Assembly: GCA_964016885.1 (NCBI GenBank)
Contig: OZ024742.1
Coordinates: 121,210,001-121,274,000, forward strand
Source: Eledone cirrhosa
Lineage: Eukaryota
Length of the DNA: 64,000 nt
Reading direction: 5' to 3'
Shown in pieces: positions 11,832 through 24,953 of this stretch. The notes below the pieces were generated by a model. It was not told the DNA's origin, did not search any database, and saw only the letters and a list, made by a program, of their open reading frames with translations. A program made the position numbers and the translations under genes. The first letter of the stretch is position 1. Each line of letters begins with the position of its first letter.

Positions 11832-12035
11832 TATGTATGAGTGTGCGTGTGTGTTTATGTATGTATATGTGTGTGTAACGTTATTGAACTATTGTTCCCT
11901 TCAGTTTAATAGCATTTGATATTAAATTTGTTTTATAAAGAAATTCTGAGATTACTAACATATGTGCGTATCGAAGGCATTGCTTCTGGAATTCAATGGA
12001 ATAAAAGAAGCTTTTTAACTTTTACAAAAAAAAAC

Positions 12036-12107
12036 CCATTCTTCTTCATAATGTTTTTTAGTAAGTCTATTATCTTCAAATTGAATAGTCTAGATACGAA
12101 GCCTAAT

Positions 12108-12165
<58 letters not shown>

Positions 12166-12239
12166 CGATTAGGCTTCATATCTAGACCATTCAATTTGAA
12201 GATAATAGACTTACTAAAAAACATTATGAAGAAGAATGG
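12036..12239. repeat. Inverted repeat centred on a (TA)n tract
   Basis: 12036-12112 is the reverse complement of 12163-12239; the same terminus also occurs at 11663-11697. Confidence 0.85.
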
Positions 12240-12265
12240 CGTAGATATCCAATACAACAGGAGGA

Positions 12266-12319
12266 ATAGTACCACTGATGATGTTGCAGATGTGCAACGA
12301 AAGAACTTTGTTAGACTAT
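12266..12319 (+). ncRNA. Hammerhead-like motif (extra U before stem II)
   Basis: ATAGTACCA-CTGATGA-T-GTTGCA gatg TGCAAC-GAAA-GAAC-TT^TGTTAGACTAT. Confidence 0.55.
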
Positions 12320-12539
12320 ATACAGTATATGTATTTATATCTGTATTTTTGACCGTTGGTCAGTCAATGATAAACATTGAGTAACAAATGAATTAACTGT
12401 GGAGATAAAAAAAGATACAGAAGCGAAAAACCAACCAAACAGTGAGTGTGTTCTGTTATTATTTCTGGCAATATTATTACAACAATATGACCCTTCCCAA
12501 GTATAACAATATATATGCCCATTGTACATTGTATCAGAG

Positions 12540-12815
12540 CTGTGATCTCTCAATTTGGAGAAGTCGCGGCTCTACCTGGAGTGACTCTCTGATCTCCGTG
12601 CCACGCACTTTACCGAGTAATGTTACTCCAAAACCCTTCGGAGGAACCCCATTTCGGCCACTTGTATTCGCGTTTGTATTCTTTCGGTCATTACCCAAGA
12701 TTCATGACCATAGATAAGGATTGGCACGAATACCGAATTGAAGATAGCGAGTTTGGCTTTTACGCCTACCTCCCTTCTTTTGATTACAAAATGTCGAAGC
12801 TGGCGCATAAAGGTT
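12540..12815 (-). pseudogene. RTE-clade LINE ORF fragment
   Basis: KAKLAIFNSVFVPILIYGHESWVMTERIQTRIQVAEMGFLRRV. Confidence 0.8.
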
Positions 12816-12959
12816 AACGGGTCCATAAAATAAAGTACCAATCAGATACTGGGAATGATTTAATCGAATATCTCCCCGCTCCTAAGTACTGGAGGGATTT
12901 CAACAATTTTGTTGGCCTTGTACTCCAATATAGAAATCAATTTCTTGCATGATCGGACT

Positions 12960-13212
12960 AGTGGCGATTACGATGATGATGATGATGATGATGATAATGG
13001 TAGTGGTGGTGCTGGTGATGTTGATGATGGTGATGGTGGTGATGATGATGGAGATGATGATGATGGAGGTGATGATGATGATGATGATCGTGGTGGTGGT
13101 GGTGGTGGTGATGGTGATGCTGTTGCTGATGATGATAATGATAGTGATGATGACGATGGTAATGATAATGGTAATGGTAATGGTGATGATGATGATGATG
13201 ATGATGATGATG
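12960..13212. repeat. (GAT/GGT)n degenerate trinucleotide array
   Basis: Direct reading. Confidence 0.9.
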
Positions 13213-14103
13213 TACTTGTTTTTTAGTCGCCTATCAACCCTTAATAAACAGAGCTATAATAAAAGGGCTTCCAGTCGTAACCAACCAGTCCACCCATTTT
13301 ATTCTTCGGGCATAGTGTATCCAGGATCACACCATTCAATGCGACTCCACCCACATTTTTTAAGACTGTAGAATAGCATTTGTGGGAGATTTAGCTGCTA
13401 TTTCTAACAGATCGAGTGCCAATATTCGCTCATTGTCGATATTAGAAACCAAGCAATTATAGAGATGCATAATTATCTCTACTTCACCTCAAATGACGAC
13501 ATTATTTGGTGCATTTAGTTTGTGTTTACATTTGCAAGGACAAACATTAACGCAACAACACATTCACTAATCCCCCTTCTCTCTCCCCTTCTTCCCACCT
13601 CCTCTCTTTTTCTCTAATCTACAGCCCACACTTGAAAATTATGGTATCATAAACGACAAGTGGTAGGCTAATTTTAAATGCATTTTCAATTTCTGTTTTA
13701 GTTGATTAAACGAATTTTCGTTAAATTGTCCAGCTCTGTCAACTTACCCATTAATCATTTACTTTCTTCTTATGGTGTTTGTTACATCACACCAAATTTT
13801 TTCTTCCTCACTCCTTCAGATAATTGACACAAGATAAACATACAAAACAAACGTAAAGGGTTGAGTCAAAATTAAACTATCAAAATGCAAGCAAATCAAC
13901 AAAAAACGATGCAACAAAAATACTTAAAAAAAAAAAAACTAGAAGAAAACAAAAAATAATAAAAAAAAAACTAGAAGAAAACAAAAAATAATAAAAAAAA
14001 CTAGAAGAAAACAAAAAATAATTTTAAAAAGTAAATATGTTTGGTTTTGGTGTGGCTAAGTTCAGATTAGACGTGTGTCGAATAGAACTAATAAACACAA
14101 GAC

Positions 14104-14153
14104 TGACGTGTGACGTCAGAAGATATTCTCAACAAAACTGGCGAATATAAAAG
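14104..14153 (+). promoter_or_regulatory. Core promoter of the pacifastin-like gene: CRE plus TATA box
   Basis: TGACGTG (14104), full palindromic TGACGTCA (14111-14118), TATAAAAG (14146-14153), 85 nt before the ATG. Confidence 0.6.
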
Positions 14154-14230
14154 AAACTGCTTCTGTACTTTTTATAATAGATTGAGATATATTTCAACAG
14201 TGTTAACTCGGTGTTCCTAACTCTACAACA

Positions 14231-14291
14231 ATGAAGCTGTGTGTTATCTTCTGTATCTTCTCCCTTCTAGCTGTGGCTCTCGCTGTTCCAC
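14231..14291 (+). CDS. Pacifastin/VWC-like secreted peptide, exon 1 (signal peptide)
   Basis: ACAATG start; MKLCVIFCIFSLLAVALAVP; phase-1 donor GTAAGT. Confidence 0.85.
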
Positions 14292-14453
14292 GTAAGTTAA
14301 CTTCTTTAATGTTTTATTCCATTTATTCTTAGACAGCGGTCAAGCTGGGGGACCAACCCCCTTGAAGGGATTTCGTTGACCATGTTGAACACGCTACTTA
14401 TTTTATCGATCCTCTTTTGTCGAATCTCTAAGTTGTGAGACATAAACAAACAG

Positions 14454-14586
<133 letters not shown>

Positions 14587-15560
14587 CCTCTGAAAATCAT
14601 AATTCTGTATAAATTAATTGTACTGTTTGATTTTCTTTATTTACAATTGAATTAATATATCATGTAAATACAATTTAATAGAAAAAGAAAAAAATTATGA
14701 TTGAGAATCCATCATTTAAAGAAATGAACCATTATTTCAAAGTCGGATATATCTACTGTTTCTTTAAAAGTAGAGTGACACGATGTAAAGAAAGGTTATT
14801 TCAATACTGGACATAGCATTATCTGTTGTTTTAAAAAAATTAAATTGAAGGGAATTGAGAATCCTTATTTTAATAGCGAGATGTAAAGGACTTTAGATGG
14901 AGACAGTACTTTTGATGTGAACAGCTATACTCCTTGCTAGTGAACAGGTACACTGGTCCTCATTCAACCCTTAATACAACACCCTCTTCTGTCTCCTAAT
15001 ATGTACCATAATCTAGTAGACTGCTTCAGCTGATGGGACTAGGGGCTAAACAATGTGAGGACATGATATTGACATGGCATCACTTGGCTGTGGAATTCCT
15101 CTAAATTTGGAATAATTGGTTGGGGTTAATGTGTTTTATAGAAGAAACTCAACAGTGTCATGTGTCCATGATCAGAGAAAATACCCTAGTTGTAGGATAC
15201 TGGTTGTGGTCAAAGCTGCACAGGGATGGGCTCTGCCAGGTTATATATGCTCAAAATATGCTGCGAAACAGCATCCCAACGACTGGAGGATAAAGGACAA
15301 AGAAAACTGAAATGAATAAATTTATTTCAAATTAAGTTTTCTTGCCTTGTAATTCCCTTTACATCTAGCCAGCAGAATATAAACTCAGTCGTGAACTGGA
15401 GTTGTTTCGTCAACATACCATTCCCTAACAAGAAATTGTTTAATCAAAGACATTGCTTCTTCAACACATATTTTTGTAGTTTCTGAAGGTTGATCTTTGT
15501 TTAAAGACTTCAGTTTCTTTTCTTTTTATACACTCATATTGCAGCAGATGCTATACACAA

Positions 15561-15669
<109 letters not shown>

Positions 15670-15827
15670 TGTGTGTGTATGTGTCTGTGTGTGTGTGTGT
15701 GTGCGTGTGTGTGTGTGTGTGCATGCCTGTGAAAAAATAGATGATGTATGCATGTTTATGCATGAATATGTTATATGAATTTGACACTTCTCCGAAATAA
15801 GAAAACATATTTACGTCTGATTTTTAG

Positions 15828-15971
15828 AAAACTATGGTGAATACTGTACTTACAATGGGAAGCAGCACCATCTTGCTGAAAGTTTTCCTTCTGATGATGG
15901 CTGTAACACATGCTTTTGTCAAAAGAATAATATGGTTGCCTGTACACTGATGGCCTGTTTCCCCAACAAAG
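15828..15971 (+). CDS. Pacifastin/VWC-like peptide, exon 2 (domain 1)
   Basis: TTTTTAG acceptor; QNYGEYCTYNGKQHHLAESFPSDDGCNTCFCQKNNMVACTLMACFPNK; donor GTATGT; phase 1-1. Confidence 0.9.
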
Positions 15972-17064
15972 GTATGTAATCTTATTTATGTTTTTCATGT
16001 TACAGAGTGTAGTATAATCTATTGGGTAATACAGTCCTAGACACAGTTTTAAAACAATGGCCAAGATTGGAATGCTTTTCATAATAAATGCTCATAAATT
16101 GTGTATATACATGTGTGTAGCAAAATTAGCACAACATTATGAAATGCAGATCAACAAAGCCATGATTAAACACTAGGAGTGTATATAGCTCGACTCAACT
16201 TGGCTTCACACTCTGTACTCACTCTGCTCTAAGATGCTGAACAAGAGACTTTGGTTGTGACAGCCTGCCATATCAGGCAGTGTTGTTATGCCATGTCATA
16301 CCAGACAGCAGGTTGGTAAAATCATATCTCAGCCTTTAACACATTCACCCTGAATACTAATATCTCCATATAGAAACCATTTCAATTCAACATTTGCTTC
16401 TTATAATTATCCTACTGTTAACACAATCAGAAGATTTGAACATCATTTAAAATCTTATGTTGATGAACAACTACACTTAATAGATATCTACATATTTTCT
16501 CTGAACCATTTTGGTCAATATTCAATTGAACAGGTATGACTCACATATGTATCTTACAAACCTACATTAAATTCTCACACATCTACCCGTTTTACGTGTT
16601 TCACCTTCTCAATTGAAAAATTGTTTGCTTATTATCAAACAGCATCTTCTGCTCAAATTTACATATATGATAGAGATGTTCACACTGGCCATGAAAAGTG
16701 CCTTATACCAAATTTGAATGATCAGACCCTGATACTTTTACAAAGCCTGTTGTATGAGTATAGTGACTACTTGAACTTACATACCACATAACATCTCACT
16801 TAGCGACTGTAACATATAATATTTCAATTCAGTCATTGGTTGATGTTTCACGGGAAATTATGATGTCCCTATTACTTCTAAAATAACAACCGGAACAAGA
16901 GGAAATGATGGTGGACATCATCTCATTTAGTTACATAAACAAGCTAACGAGTTAGCTAATTGGATCAGGATTATGATTCATTACATTTATTTTATTGACA
17001 TGGAATGGATGAACAACAACTGACCATTTCAATATTTGAACTGAGAACGTAAAGTGGGGGTTTA

Positions 17065-17475
17065 TCTAAATACTTTCAATACTAAATATTTATTAAAATA
17101 CTTTCAATACTAAATATTTATTAAAATACTTTCAATACTAAATATTTATCTAAATACTTTCAATACTAAATATTTATCTAAACACTTTCAATACTAAATA
17201 TTTATTAAAATACTTTCAATACTAAATATTTATTAAAATACTTTCAATACTAAATATTTATCTAAATACTTTCAATACTAAATATTTATCTAAATACTTT
17301 CAATACTAAATATTTATTAAAATACTTTCAATACTAAATATTTATTAAAATACTTTCAATACTAAATATTTATCTAAATACTTTTTATTGTTAATATTTA
17401 TCTAAATACTTTGTATACTAAATATTTATCTAAATACTTTGTATACTAAATATTTATCTAAATACTTTATCTAAA
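17065..17475. repeat. 28-bp minisatellite (TACTTTCAATACTAAATATTTATCTAAA), resuming at 19251-19345
   Basis: About 14 copies left of the RTE insertion and about 3 to its right. Confidence 0.95.
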
Positions 17476-19250
17476 TACAAAGGTAAAGGCGATGCACTAG
17501 ATAGAGGAAACTATAGAGGTATAAAATACAAAGGTAAAGGCGATGCACTAGATAGAGGAAACTATAGAGGTATAAAGTTGATGGACCAGGTCATGAAAGT
17601 AACAGAAAGAGTTATAGCACAGCTGATTAGGGACCGGGTGAATATAGACGAGATGCAATTTGGGTTTGTACCAGGGAAAGGCACCACTGATGCCCTCTTC
17701 CTTGTGAGGCAATTACAGGAAAAGTACCTAGCTAAAAGTAAGCCACTCTACTTGGCATTTGTCGACCTTGAGAAAGCCTTTGACAGAGTTCCACGTGCAG
17801 TAATCTGGTGGGCTCTTAGAAAACTAGGAGTAGATGAATGGCTTGTGAAAGCGGTACAAGCCATGTATAGGGGAGCAGTCAGCAAAGTTAGGATTGGCAA
17901 TGAGTATAGCGAGGAATTTAGCGTACAGGTTGGGGTCCACCAGGGCTCTGTTCTTAGCCCTCTCCTGTTCATCATAGTCCTGCAGGCAATAACGGAGGAG
18001 TTTAAGACCGGATGCCCATGGGAACTCCTGTATGCTGATGACCTCGCACTCATAGCTGAATCTATGGTAGAACTAGAGAATAAATTCCAAACCTGGAAGC
18101 AGGGACTAGAGAGAAAGGGCCTCAAAGTCAACATGACAAAGACTAAGGTCCTTGTAAGTAGACGAGAAAACAGAACCCAGATCCCCTCAGGGAAATGGCC
18201 TTGCTCAGTATGTAGGAAAGGTGTAGGTAGAAACTCCATTCTCTGCCCCAAATGCAAACAATGGGTACACAAGAGATGTAGCGGGATCTCAGGAAGCTTA
18301 ATTAAGAATGTAGGATTCACATGCAGCAGCTGTGCTGAAACAGCAAGCAAACAGCCACAGGAAACAAGTACCACCAATCTCTGGGAGGGCCCTGTAGAAA
18401 CAGTAGACAGCTTCTGCTACCTAGGTGACCGAATTAGCAACGGAGGTGGGTGCTCAGAAAGTACAATAACTAGGGTAAGAACGGGATGGAAGAAGTTTAG
18501 GGAACTACTACCACTGCTAGCTGCAAAAGGCTTCTCCTTCAGAATGAAAGGCAGACTGTATGATGCGTGTATCCGAACAGCGATGTTGCATGGTAGTGAG
18601 ACCTGGGCGCTGAAGGTGGAAGACTCACGTAGATTAGAGAGAAACGAAGCCTGCATACTCCGATGGATGTGTAACAGTAATATACGTGAACGACAAAGCA
18701 TAAAGGAATTGAGAGAGAGACTGAGCATAAGAGGAATCAAATGCTGCGTGCAGGAGAGGCGGTTACGCTGGTATGGACATGTGATGCGTATGAAGGATGA
18801 CAGCTGCATAAAAAGGTGCAGAGCACTAGAAGTTGATGGAAACCGCGGAGTGGGGAGACCCAAGATGACTTGGGATGAGGTGATAAAAGCCGACCTTACC
18901 CAACTACACCTCTCAAAGTCAATGACACACGACCGTGACTTCTGGCGTCACGCAGTAATACAGGGTACCCGACCTCCCATGGGTACATGCTGAAGCATAT
19001 AAACAATATGCCCCCCCCCCCCCTCCACCGCAAGGTGGCCGTGGAGGTGCCACGGCAAAAAAGCACCCAGCCCACACTGTAAATGAGGTTGGTGTTAGGA
19101 AGGGCATCCAGCTGTAGAAATCAAGCCAGATCAGTTCCTGTATGAGCAAGGCATGGTCAGCCGACCAGACACTGCCCACAACAGGACAACCCGTCTAACC
19201 CATGCTAGCGTGGAAGAACGGACGTAAAACGGTGATGATGATGATGATGA
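17476..19250 (+). mobile_element. 5'-truncated RTE LINE in intron 2 of the pacifastin-like gene
   Basis: Open RT frame, 3'UTR, (GAT)n tail; CTTTGTATACTAAATATTTATCTAAATAC on both sides. Confidence 0.95.
17578..18993 (+). CDS. RTE reverse transcriptase, partial but uninterrupted
   Basis: QFGF, FVDLEKAFD, GVHQGSVLSPLLF, YADD, RRLRWYGHV, GRPK motifs; internal C4HC3 finger. Confidence 0.95.
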   Translation: MMDQVMKVTERVIAQLIRDRVNIDEMQFGFVPGKGTTDALFLVRQLQEKYLAKSKPLYLAFVDLEKAFDRVPRAVIWWALRKLGVDEWLVKAVQAMYRGAVSKVRIGNEYSEEFSVQVGVHQGSVLSPLLFIIVLQAITEEFKTGCPWELLYADDLALIAESMVELENKFQTWKQGLERKGLKVNMTKTKVLVSRRENRTQIPSGKWPCSVCRKGVGRNSILCPKCKQWVHKRCSGISGSLIKNVGFTCSSCAETASKQPQETSTTNLWEGPVETVDSFCYLGDRISNGGGCSESTITRVRTGWKKFRELLPLLAAKGFSFRMKGRLYDACIRTAMLHGSETWALKVEDSRRLERNEACILRWMCNSNIRERQSIKELRERLSIRGIKCCVQERRLRWYGHVMRMKDDSCIKRCRALEVDGNRGVGRPKMTWDEVIKADLTQLHLSKSMTHDRDFWRHAVIQGTRPPMGTC

Positions 19251-19607
19251 CTTTGTATACTAAATATTTATCTAAATACTTTCAATACTAAATATTTATC
19301 TAAATACTTTCAATACTAAATATTTATCTAAATACTTTCAATACTTATCTAACAACTTTAAATTTAAGAACTTTGTTTCTATTTGTTCATGTTATATATT
19401 TTTAGAGGGTTTTGATAAATAACATATTTATCATATGTAATTAAGAAGAATCTATTAACTGTTTTGTTTTCTTTATTGACTTCCAAATATTATTTTAGGG
19501 TATTCTCCACATAAGAATAGAAATGTGGTTGTGGAATATGCTCATCAAGAGTTTACTGACTGAATTGTACATGTTAGAGTAAAACATCAATTTTCAATCT
19601 CTTTCAG

Positions 19608-19729
19608 ATATCTGTCACTACAATGGTAAAGATTACTTTGTTAATGATTCATTTCCTTCTGATGACAACTGTAACACTTGTATCTGCCAGAAACAAGGAA
19701 GAGTATCATGCACATATATGGCCTGCATG
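19608..19729 (+). CDS. Pacifastin/VWC-like peptide, exon 3 (domain 2)
   Basis: CTTTCAG acceptor; DICHYNGKDYFVNDSFPSDDNCNTCICQKQGRVSCTYMACM; donor GTAAGT phase 0; paralogous to exon 2. Confidence 0.9.
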
Positions 19730-20791
19730 GTAAGTACCATAGAGATTCACATCTATGCAGACATATTCTCTATATCTCTCTTTGCTTGACAAATGTTTTT
19801 TCAGGGAAAGGTTATATTTTCAAATTTAAATTGAATATTGATTGTGATTGTTGATTTAAAAAAAAAGAAACTCTTATTAAGTCAACCTATTAAGAAGGAT
19901 ATGTTTAGATAGGAACATGTTTTTCTCATTTTCTCATTGTTTAAAGGTAGTAAATTGTCTGAGTCAAGGAGGATTAAATGTCTCAATATTTTTTCCAACT
20001 TGTTATCTACATTCTCTATCTCGCTATATGTTCCAGTTCTTTACATTCTGAGTTCAGATCCTACTGTGGTCATCCTTTCGGGGTTGATAAATAAAGTACC
20101 AGTAATGCACTGGGGTCGATTTCATCGACTTCCCTCTCCCCCAAAATTGTTGGCCATGTGCCTAAATCAGAAACCATCATTATTAACTATTGTTGTTGCT
20201 GTCTCAGTTATTTTGGTTTTTGTCATGGACCCTCGACTATAAAATATTTTATTCTGTTTTGTTTCTTTCTGAATTGCAATTAGGTGGTCATTGAATTAAA
20301 TCATATGTCAGAGATTTTTATGGTGGATATTTATTTTTGTTGTTAAATAACACTGTTAGCTTTGATTCAGCAGACTTATGATTAAAACCATTACCATCAT
20401 CATCACATCTTATTTTAGGATGTAGTGTATTTAGGACCACTTTATCCAATATATCTTTCCTTTTATTTTAAATGGTAAGGTATACTTTGCTATTTCAAGC
20501 CAGCATATTAGAAGCTTCCACATTGGCTTGTGTATATTTATTATATATTACTGGTAAATATCCAGTAATATTCAGCGAGTTGTTTTATGTTGTATGTTAA
20601 AGTTCATGTTAGCATAATAGAGTGCAGCGCTCTCTCGTCAATTGGAAATTACTTATGTGAAATAAGTGAAGTGAAGTGAAAAGATTCAACCAAGAATCAG
20701 ATTTAGAGAAGAGAGAATTCTGCATGACAGCCTTGTCTTGCCAGCAGAGGAATGAGGGGGGGGGGGGTATCATCAGTATATGGTGTTTAGA

Positions 20792-21253
20792 TCAGCGGAC
20801 CCCAACCATTTTTGCACCATGGACTGGTGTCATCCAAGCCAATTTCTCCTTGGACTGAGGAGGCCGGGGATTAGTCGGTCACGTGCATAAAACACAGTAA
20901 ACAATAAAGTGCATATTATATAATTTTATTATTAATTTAATTATTACATTTATACTGTGACTCAACTCAACATAAATCAGAATCTGTGGGAACCCTGAGC
21001 TTGTTTGCTTGCAACTAGACGGTCCCATATTTTCCCCTTTTCAAAGAAACTCTCCAGGAAGGTTTGTTTTCTACTCATTTTCACTAGGGTTGGCTTGTGT
21101 GCATGGAAAAAAATTGCGACTGGGACAAGCGTGGAAAAGAGGCACAAACAGAAGTAGTCATTTTTTAAAGTAAAACATCTGGTAGACTGGCAGTCAATAA
21201 AATAGAAAAAAAAAATTATTCTTTCTGTGCAGCCCAGTGGCTGGGGACCACTT
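20792..21253 (-). mobile_element. hAT/Charlie-like non-autonomous element
   Basis: CAGCGGACCCCAACC ... GGCTGGGGACCACT termini; residual MSRKQTFLESFFEKG. Confidence 0.65.
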
Positions 21254-22290
21254 TTTTTTAGATAAATGAAAACATCTGTAACCATTAATAGATTCATCTT
21301 CATTTGAAGTGGCTCTAGAGTAAATTGACCTGGCAAAATTCAAACCTTTCCTCGTTATAGGCTCTGCTCAGTTTTTATCATGACTCCCTCACTATACTCC
21401 AGAGTAACACTTTCTCCTGTCAACTGGGACCATGAGATAGCTTGCACCTGAAGTTCTGCACATCAGAGAGTGTTCCCCCCACACTTACATCATTGGACTA
21501 GTATTCTTTCTGAGTATTCTTTCTTGTATTTTATAATCATTTTCACTTTTAAGGCAATTATATATCAAAGTTACAAGGAGTAAATTAAATCAATGAAGCT
21601 GACATCATTATATTTGACTTTTCAAAAACCACTCTACATGATTTCTATATTACTAATACTCTAATGTACTATTTTAAAAATATTTTTGTATTTTATGTAT
21701 TATTTTTAAACATAGCATGCAATTACTTAAACCAGGGTCTGATGGGTCATTATGTCCTGACGGTAAGACACAGTGGGCCAAAAGTGAGATGGAAGGGCAT
21801 GATTTCCACCAGTTATAATGCTAATTTGCAATATAGCTCATAGGCTGGTACTTTTTTTTTTTTTTTCATCAAAATGAATATGCATAAGCGGGATATGTGA
21901 ATTAGTATAAAATGTAGGGGGACAAATTTTCCATTTCAAATGTTCTGCTGCAGGCCATAAAAAAGTAGTTTTGCAGGCAGTTTGTTTGAGATCCTTGACT
22001 TAAACATTTGTCCTTATTTTGTAAATTTGTAACAAAGAGTGTAATCAATTGAATAGCCAGCAGTGAATGGCTGCTATTTCTTTTATTGCCATCAAAAGTA
22101 TGAAGGATGGAGCAGATTTATAACACAAAAATAGAAAGATTAAACTAAATAGTAAGATATCTTCAGACTAATAATTTCTGAAATCCTTCTGCTCTAATTA
22201 AAACTGACATATTGAGAATATATTTCTATTTTTTTCTCCATTAGTATTATTGTGGCTTTCATTGCTTATTTATATTATTTTCATAGAATA

Positions 22291-22640
22291 GGATAAAGGG
22301 TTAAGACCCCCTTCGGTCAAGGATGACCATGGGATTTATACCTAGAAAGTCCCCCTCCGAGGCACAAGTCCAGGCAAAGTTGCTTGTGGAAGACCAGCAG
22401 TCGCTCATGCATACCAGTCTTCCCTCTCCACACCACCGATGGTGTCCTAGGGTAAGGCAAAGGCTGATACAGCTTGACACCAGTGACATTGCAACTCATT
22501 CCTACAGCTGAGTGAAATGGAGAAAGGTGAAAATAAAGTGTCTTGCTCAAGAAGACAACGCACAGCCCGGTCCGAGAATCAAACTCACAACCTCATGATT
22601 GTAAGCCAGACGCTCTAACTACTAAGCCATGTGTCTTAAC
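22291..22640 (-). mobile_element. Second tRNA-derived SINE family (CORE-like centre)
   Basis: Minus strand TGGCTTAGTAGTTAGAGCG..GAGTTTGATTC..CTTGAGCAAGACACTTTA; TSD TTTCATAGAATA. Confidence 0.75.
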
Positions 22641-22762
22641 TTTCATAGAATACAATATTCAAATTTATCCTGCCACCCATTTCCACAGACCTACTACATT
22701 TCATTTTTAACAATATCCATTCTTTCAACAGATTTAACTAAATCCATTACTTTCTCTTTCAG

Positions 22763-22789
22763 CCTCCAGGTTTCCTAAATAAAAACTGA
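22763..22789 (+). CDS. Pacifastin/VWC-like peptide, candidate terminal exon 4 (PPGFLNKN*)
   Basis: Strong acceptor TTTCTCTTTCAG, phase 0, TGA, then AATAAA at 22800; short, so less certain. Confidence 0.6.
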   Translation, partial: PPGFLNKN

Positions 22790-23988
22790 AAAAAATAATA
22801 ATAAACCAAGTATTCAAGTGTTTACCAATTTATTTGCAACAAAAACAAAAACAGCTTTTATAATAACATCATGATTAAATAGTAACTAATTTGTTGTAAT
22901 TAATTAGAGAAATAAATATAATTAAAGACGACATGTTTTGTTTTGTTGTTGTTTTGTTTCTTTTTATAACAGGTTTGTGTAATGTCCTCATAAGATAGAT
23001 TGAATATCTTATATAGTCACAAGACCTCATATTTACAGGGCAGAGAAAATAATAATTGTTTCCACATTTGGCACAAGGCCAGCAATTTGAAGGGAAGGGA
23101 AAAGTCGATTAAACTGACCACAGTATGTTACTGGTACTTTATTTTATCAACCCCCATAAGGATAAAAGGCAAAGTTAACCTCAGTGGGATTTGAACTCAG
23201 AATGTAAAGGGCCATAACTAAATACTGCAAAGCATTAATAATTGTTTCTACTTTAGGCACAAGGCCAGCAATTACCCAGTGCATTACTGGTACTTTATTT
23301 TAATAATAGGTGAATGTGGTAATGGATGTGACATTTGTTCACGAGTTTGAATCTGGTGCAAGTACTCCATTGTATGTTAAAGTTCATGTTAGCTAGATAG
23401 AGTGCAGTTCTTTCTTAATTCAATGAGTCTAAATTCACCTGGTTGTTGGGAATAGGGGCCATTAGATCTAGGATTGTTATTTGAAATAGATTGTCATTCT
23501 ATCCAAGAGGAGATTTATCTCTCTTCAGAATAATGCATTTAAACCACTTAAAGTCTTTTTTCAGATTAAGAAGGTATGTATTTATTTGGTATCTTAGTAC
23601 GTATGAATATATTTCGTAGACCTAAGCTCCAACTTTATGGGAAGTGAAAGGTTTACTGTTATAAGACTAGGGTCAATATAACTGTTTGTAGACCTCTACA
23701 GATGTGCATCTGAAAAATAATTAGCTTATAGCCAGAAAAACAATTTAGAACATTTTCACTGATATTCTAAGAAAAAAGCAAAAAAAAAGCATAAGCATCA
23801 CACATCAACATTTCATTTAATTTAAGGTATTGTACTTAAACAAGCATTCAAATATATTATATATTTAAAAAAAACTTATATAAAGTTATTATAATCCAAA
23901 CTTCTTATTCAAACAAACATCTAAAATTATTTTATAATATCCTGCAGATGACAGAATATTTAATAAAACAGATATATTAATTTATTAT

Positions 23989-24180
23989 TATAATTGTTTC
24001 TACTTTAGGCACAAGGCCAGCAATTATCCAATGCATTACTGGTACTTTATTTTATCGACCCCGTAAGGATGAAAGGCAAAGTCAACCTCGGCGGGATTTG
24101 AACTCAGATCGTAAAGGGACGTAACTATGCTCGAAAGCATGGCGTCCGACCCTCCACCGATATTGCCAATCCACTGCCTT
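23989..24180 (-). mobile_element. Young tRNA-derived SINE
   Basis: Near-consensus; TSD ATTTATTATTATAAT. Confidence 0.9.
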
Positions 24181-24458
24181 ATTTATTATTATAATGATAT
24201 ATGTATATATGTGATTGTGATTCAAAATTGAAGAGAGAGTAATATTTGTTAATATACAAGGTTAGGAAAATACATATACAACACAAACATTTTGTGTTTT
24301 GTTAACTAGAAACAAAGGTCCTATATTTAAGAGGAAGAAAAATATGAAGTTGTGGCATCCATAGTTTTTTTTTTTTCTGAAAGCAGTTGTTAGCAATAAA
24401 CGGTATGATAAATTTTAACCAGAAGATGCAACTTTATCACAGGTTAAGTTCACAGGAA

Positions 24459-24953
24459 GTACTAACATCAAAACAAGTTTCCTATCGTTTGAAGGCTAAG
24501 ATCTTTGATACTTACATCCTACCAGTTGTGTTATATGGTCTTGATTGTGTTAATTGGACGACAATGTCACTTCAGAAGCTCTCTACATTCCAGAACCACA
24601 TCATGAGACTTATGACTAGCAAGTGGTTCAGCGACCATATCTGTATCAGTGAGCTGCTCAACATAACCATACTCAGACCAATTACATCAATTGTCAAGTT
24701 AAGAGTACTCAAACTATACAGCCATATAAAGTTCAACTCATAGTGTGAGTAGGTTATGCCTGGAAGGAAGGTTGGCTAGTAAGAGAAGCAGAGGCCGGCA
24801 GCCAAAACGATGGCTTGATAATATCAACTTATGGACTGGACTTGATCTTTGCTCTTTGAACTCTGCTGCTGGTGATCAAACCTTTTGGAGAGAGATATCA
24901 CATGTTAATGCGCAGTCTGCAACTGGTGGAGTTTAGCGTCACAAGAGACCAAG
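24459..24953 (+). mobile_element. 5'-truncated LINE (RTE-like) 3' fragment
   Basis: LKAKIFDTYILPVVLYG..W..RSRGRQPKRWLDNI; TSD AAGTTCACAGGAA. Confidence 0.8.

Noticed and set aside
16370-16900. Possible old Penelope RT remnant (a similar hint at 37400-38000)
   Set aside because: Only isolated short motifs such as YKPT and FLDLT; too decayed to call without an alignment.
17748-18863. Antisense ORFs over the RTE copies (also 42268-43209)
   Set aside because: Shadow frames of the RT coding strand.
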